Below, piece by piece: positions 62,996 to 64,000 of a stretch of DNA of 64,000 nucleotides. Every line of letters begins with the position of its first letter. The first letter of the stretch is position 1. The notes under the pieces were generated by a model. The model made no database searches, had not been told where the DNA came from, and saw only the letters and a list, made by a program, of their open reading frames with translations. A program made the translations under genes and the position numbers. This stretch comes from an uncultured Gemmatimonadales bacterium (GTDB lineage Bacteria > Gemmatimonadota > Gemmatimonadetes > Gemmatimonadales > GWC2-71-9). Where the stretch lies: contig CAVYSW010000003.1 in assembly GCA_963771275.1 (NCBI GenBank), positions 448,001-512,000 of the forward strand, in the 5' to 3' direction.

Positions 62996-64000
62996 TCAGG
63001 AATCCGATCGGCGCAGCGCCGGTCGCGGACTCAGCCAGAAGATCCATCCCACTGCCGCCAGGAAGGCCCCCGCAACGACGAGCTGCGCCGCCAGTGTCTG
63101 GACGGTCGGGAACACGCCGAGCGCGGGCAGCGCCGGCAGGTTGAGGTGCGTGGCCGGCACCCAATCCGCCGCCTGCAGCTCCGCGACACCCTGGCCGGCG
63201 AAGCTCACGGCCATCACGGTGAGCAGCGTGCCGGTGGCGGCGAAGAACGGCTTCAGCGGGATACGCAGCCCGTAGCGCCGAATCGCGACGTAGACCAGCG
63301 CGAGTATGCCGGCCCCCGTCGCAAGTCCGGCCGCCACCGCAAGGTGGCCCGCCGCGCTGTCCGTGGTACCGAACAGCGCGCCGTAGAACAGCACCGTCTC
63401 CACCCCCTCACGGTACACCGCGAGGAACGCGACGCCGGCAAGCGCGAGGGTGCGGCCGCTGCGCAGGGCCCCCTGCATCTGCGCGCTCACGAACGCCATC
63501 CACCGCTCGGCCTCGATCTTGGCGACCAGCCAGGACGCGGCGGAGAACAGCACGACGGACGCCAGCAGCAGCGTGAGGCCCTCGAGGGCCTCCTGGCCGG
63601 CCGCCGAAACGCGAATCAGCGTCGCGAACAGGCCGGCCGTGACGAAACTCGCCACCACGGCCGCAGCCGCTCCGGCCCCGACCTGGGGGACCCGGGCGCG
63701 CGCACCCGCCTTGTGCAGCAACGCGATCAGGGCGCTGAGGATGAGGATCGCCTCGATACCCTCGCGGAGGATGATGAGGAGGGACTGGCCGAACGCGAGC
63801 GCCACAGAGCCGCCCCGGCTCACGGCAGTGGCCGCGACGTCGATCGCCGCCCGCGCCCGACCGACTGCCCGACCCACCGCCGCGTCTGATCGCGATGCCA
63901 CCGCCGCGCGCAGATCGGCAAACGCGATCTCGACTGCGTGCACCGACCGGCCGCTTCGGGCTCCGATGTCCGGCTCGACGCGCTCGAACGCGAAGTAGGC
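62996..64000 (-). CDS. FTR1/EfeU-family iron permease, C-terminal part; 5' end is beyond the window
   Basis: Two RExxE motifs (LREGIEA, YREGVET), multiple TM segments; frame open to the right edge. Confidence 0.9.
   Translation of the reverse strand, partial: AYFAFERVEPDIGARSGRSVHAVEIAFADLRAAVASRSDAAVGRAVGRARAAIDVAATAVSRGGSVALAFGQSLLIILREGIEAILILSALIALLHKAGARARVPQVGAGAAAAVVASFVTAGLFATLIRVSAAGQEALEGLTLLLASVVLFSAASWLVAKIEAERWMAFVSAQMQGALRSGRTLALAGVAFLAVYREGVETVLFYGALFGTTDSAAGHLAVAAGLATGAGILALVYVAIRRYGLRIPLKPFFAATGTLLTVMAVSFAGQGVAELQAADWVPATHLNLPALPALGVFPTVQTLAAQLVVAGAFLAAVGWIFWLSPRPALRRSDS

Overview
A very GC-rich, gene-dense bacterial chromosomal segment of about 65 CDS. Gene content (GWxTD proteins, a PorX-like regulator, GT9 and MsbA-like LPS genes, Lgt) suggests a diderm organism, most likely Gemmatimonadota; this is inference. 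Most of the window is housekeeping: rho-ruvX-mltG, argR-argG-argH, PBP1A, tyrS, yebC-ruvC-ruvA-ruvB, and queA-tgt-yajC-def-fmt-thi-rsmB-PASTA-rpe-tlpA-cdaR-tsaD-lgt. I found no rRNA, tRNA, CRISPR array, integrase or transposase. The best candidate for an undescribed system is a compact operon at 9769-16800: threonine dehydrogenase, a PPTase, a stand-alone carrier protein, glycine C-acetyltransferase, a MetX-homoserine dehydrogenase fusion and an acetate-type adenylating ligase. It suggests acetyl transfer on a carrier protein instead of CoA, linking Thr/Gly and Met metabolism. Other notable items are three tandem secreted GWxTD proteins (two sharing an ECF-like upstream motif), a DnaB C-terminal-only paralogue with altered motifs, a zinc-ribbon microprotein between ruvA and ruvB, a patatin-ferredoxin fusion, an NYN-LOTUS RNase with an RNase E-like tail, many apparently leaderless genes, probable non-canonical start codons, and heptamer/nonamer repeats. 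All family assignments come from motifs read by eye, not from database searches.
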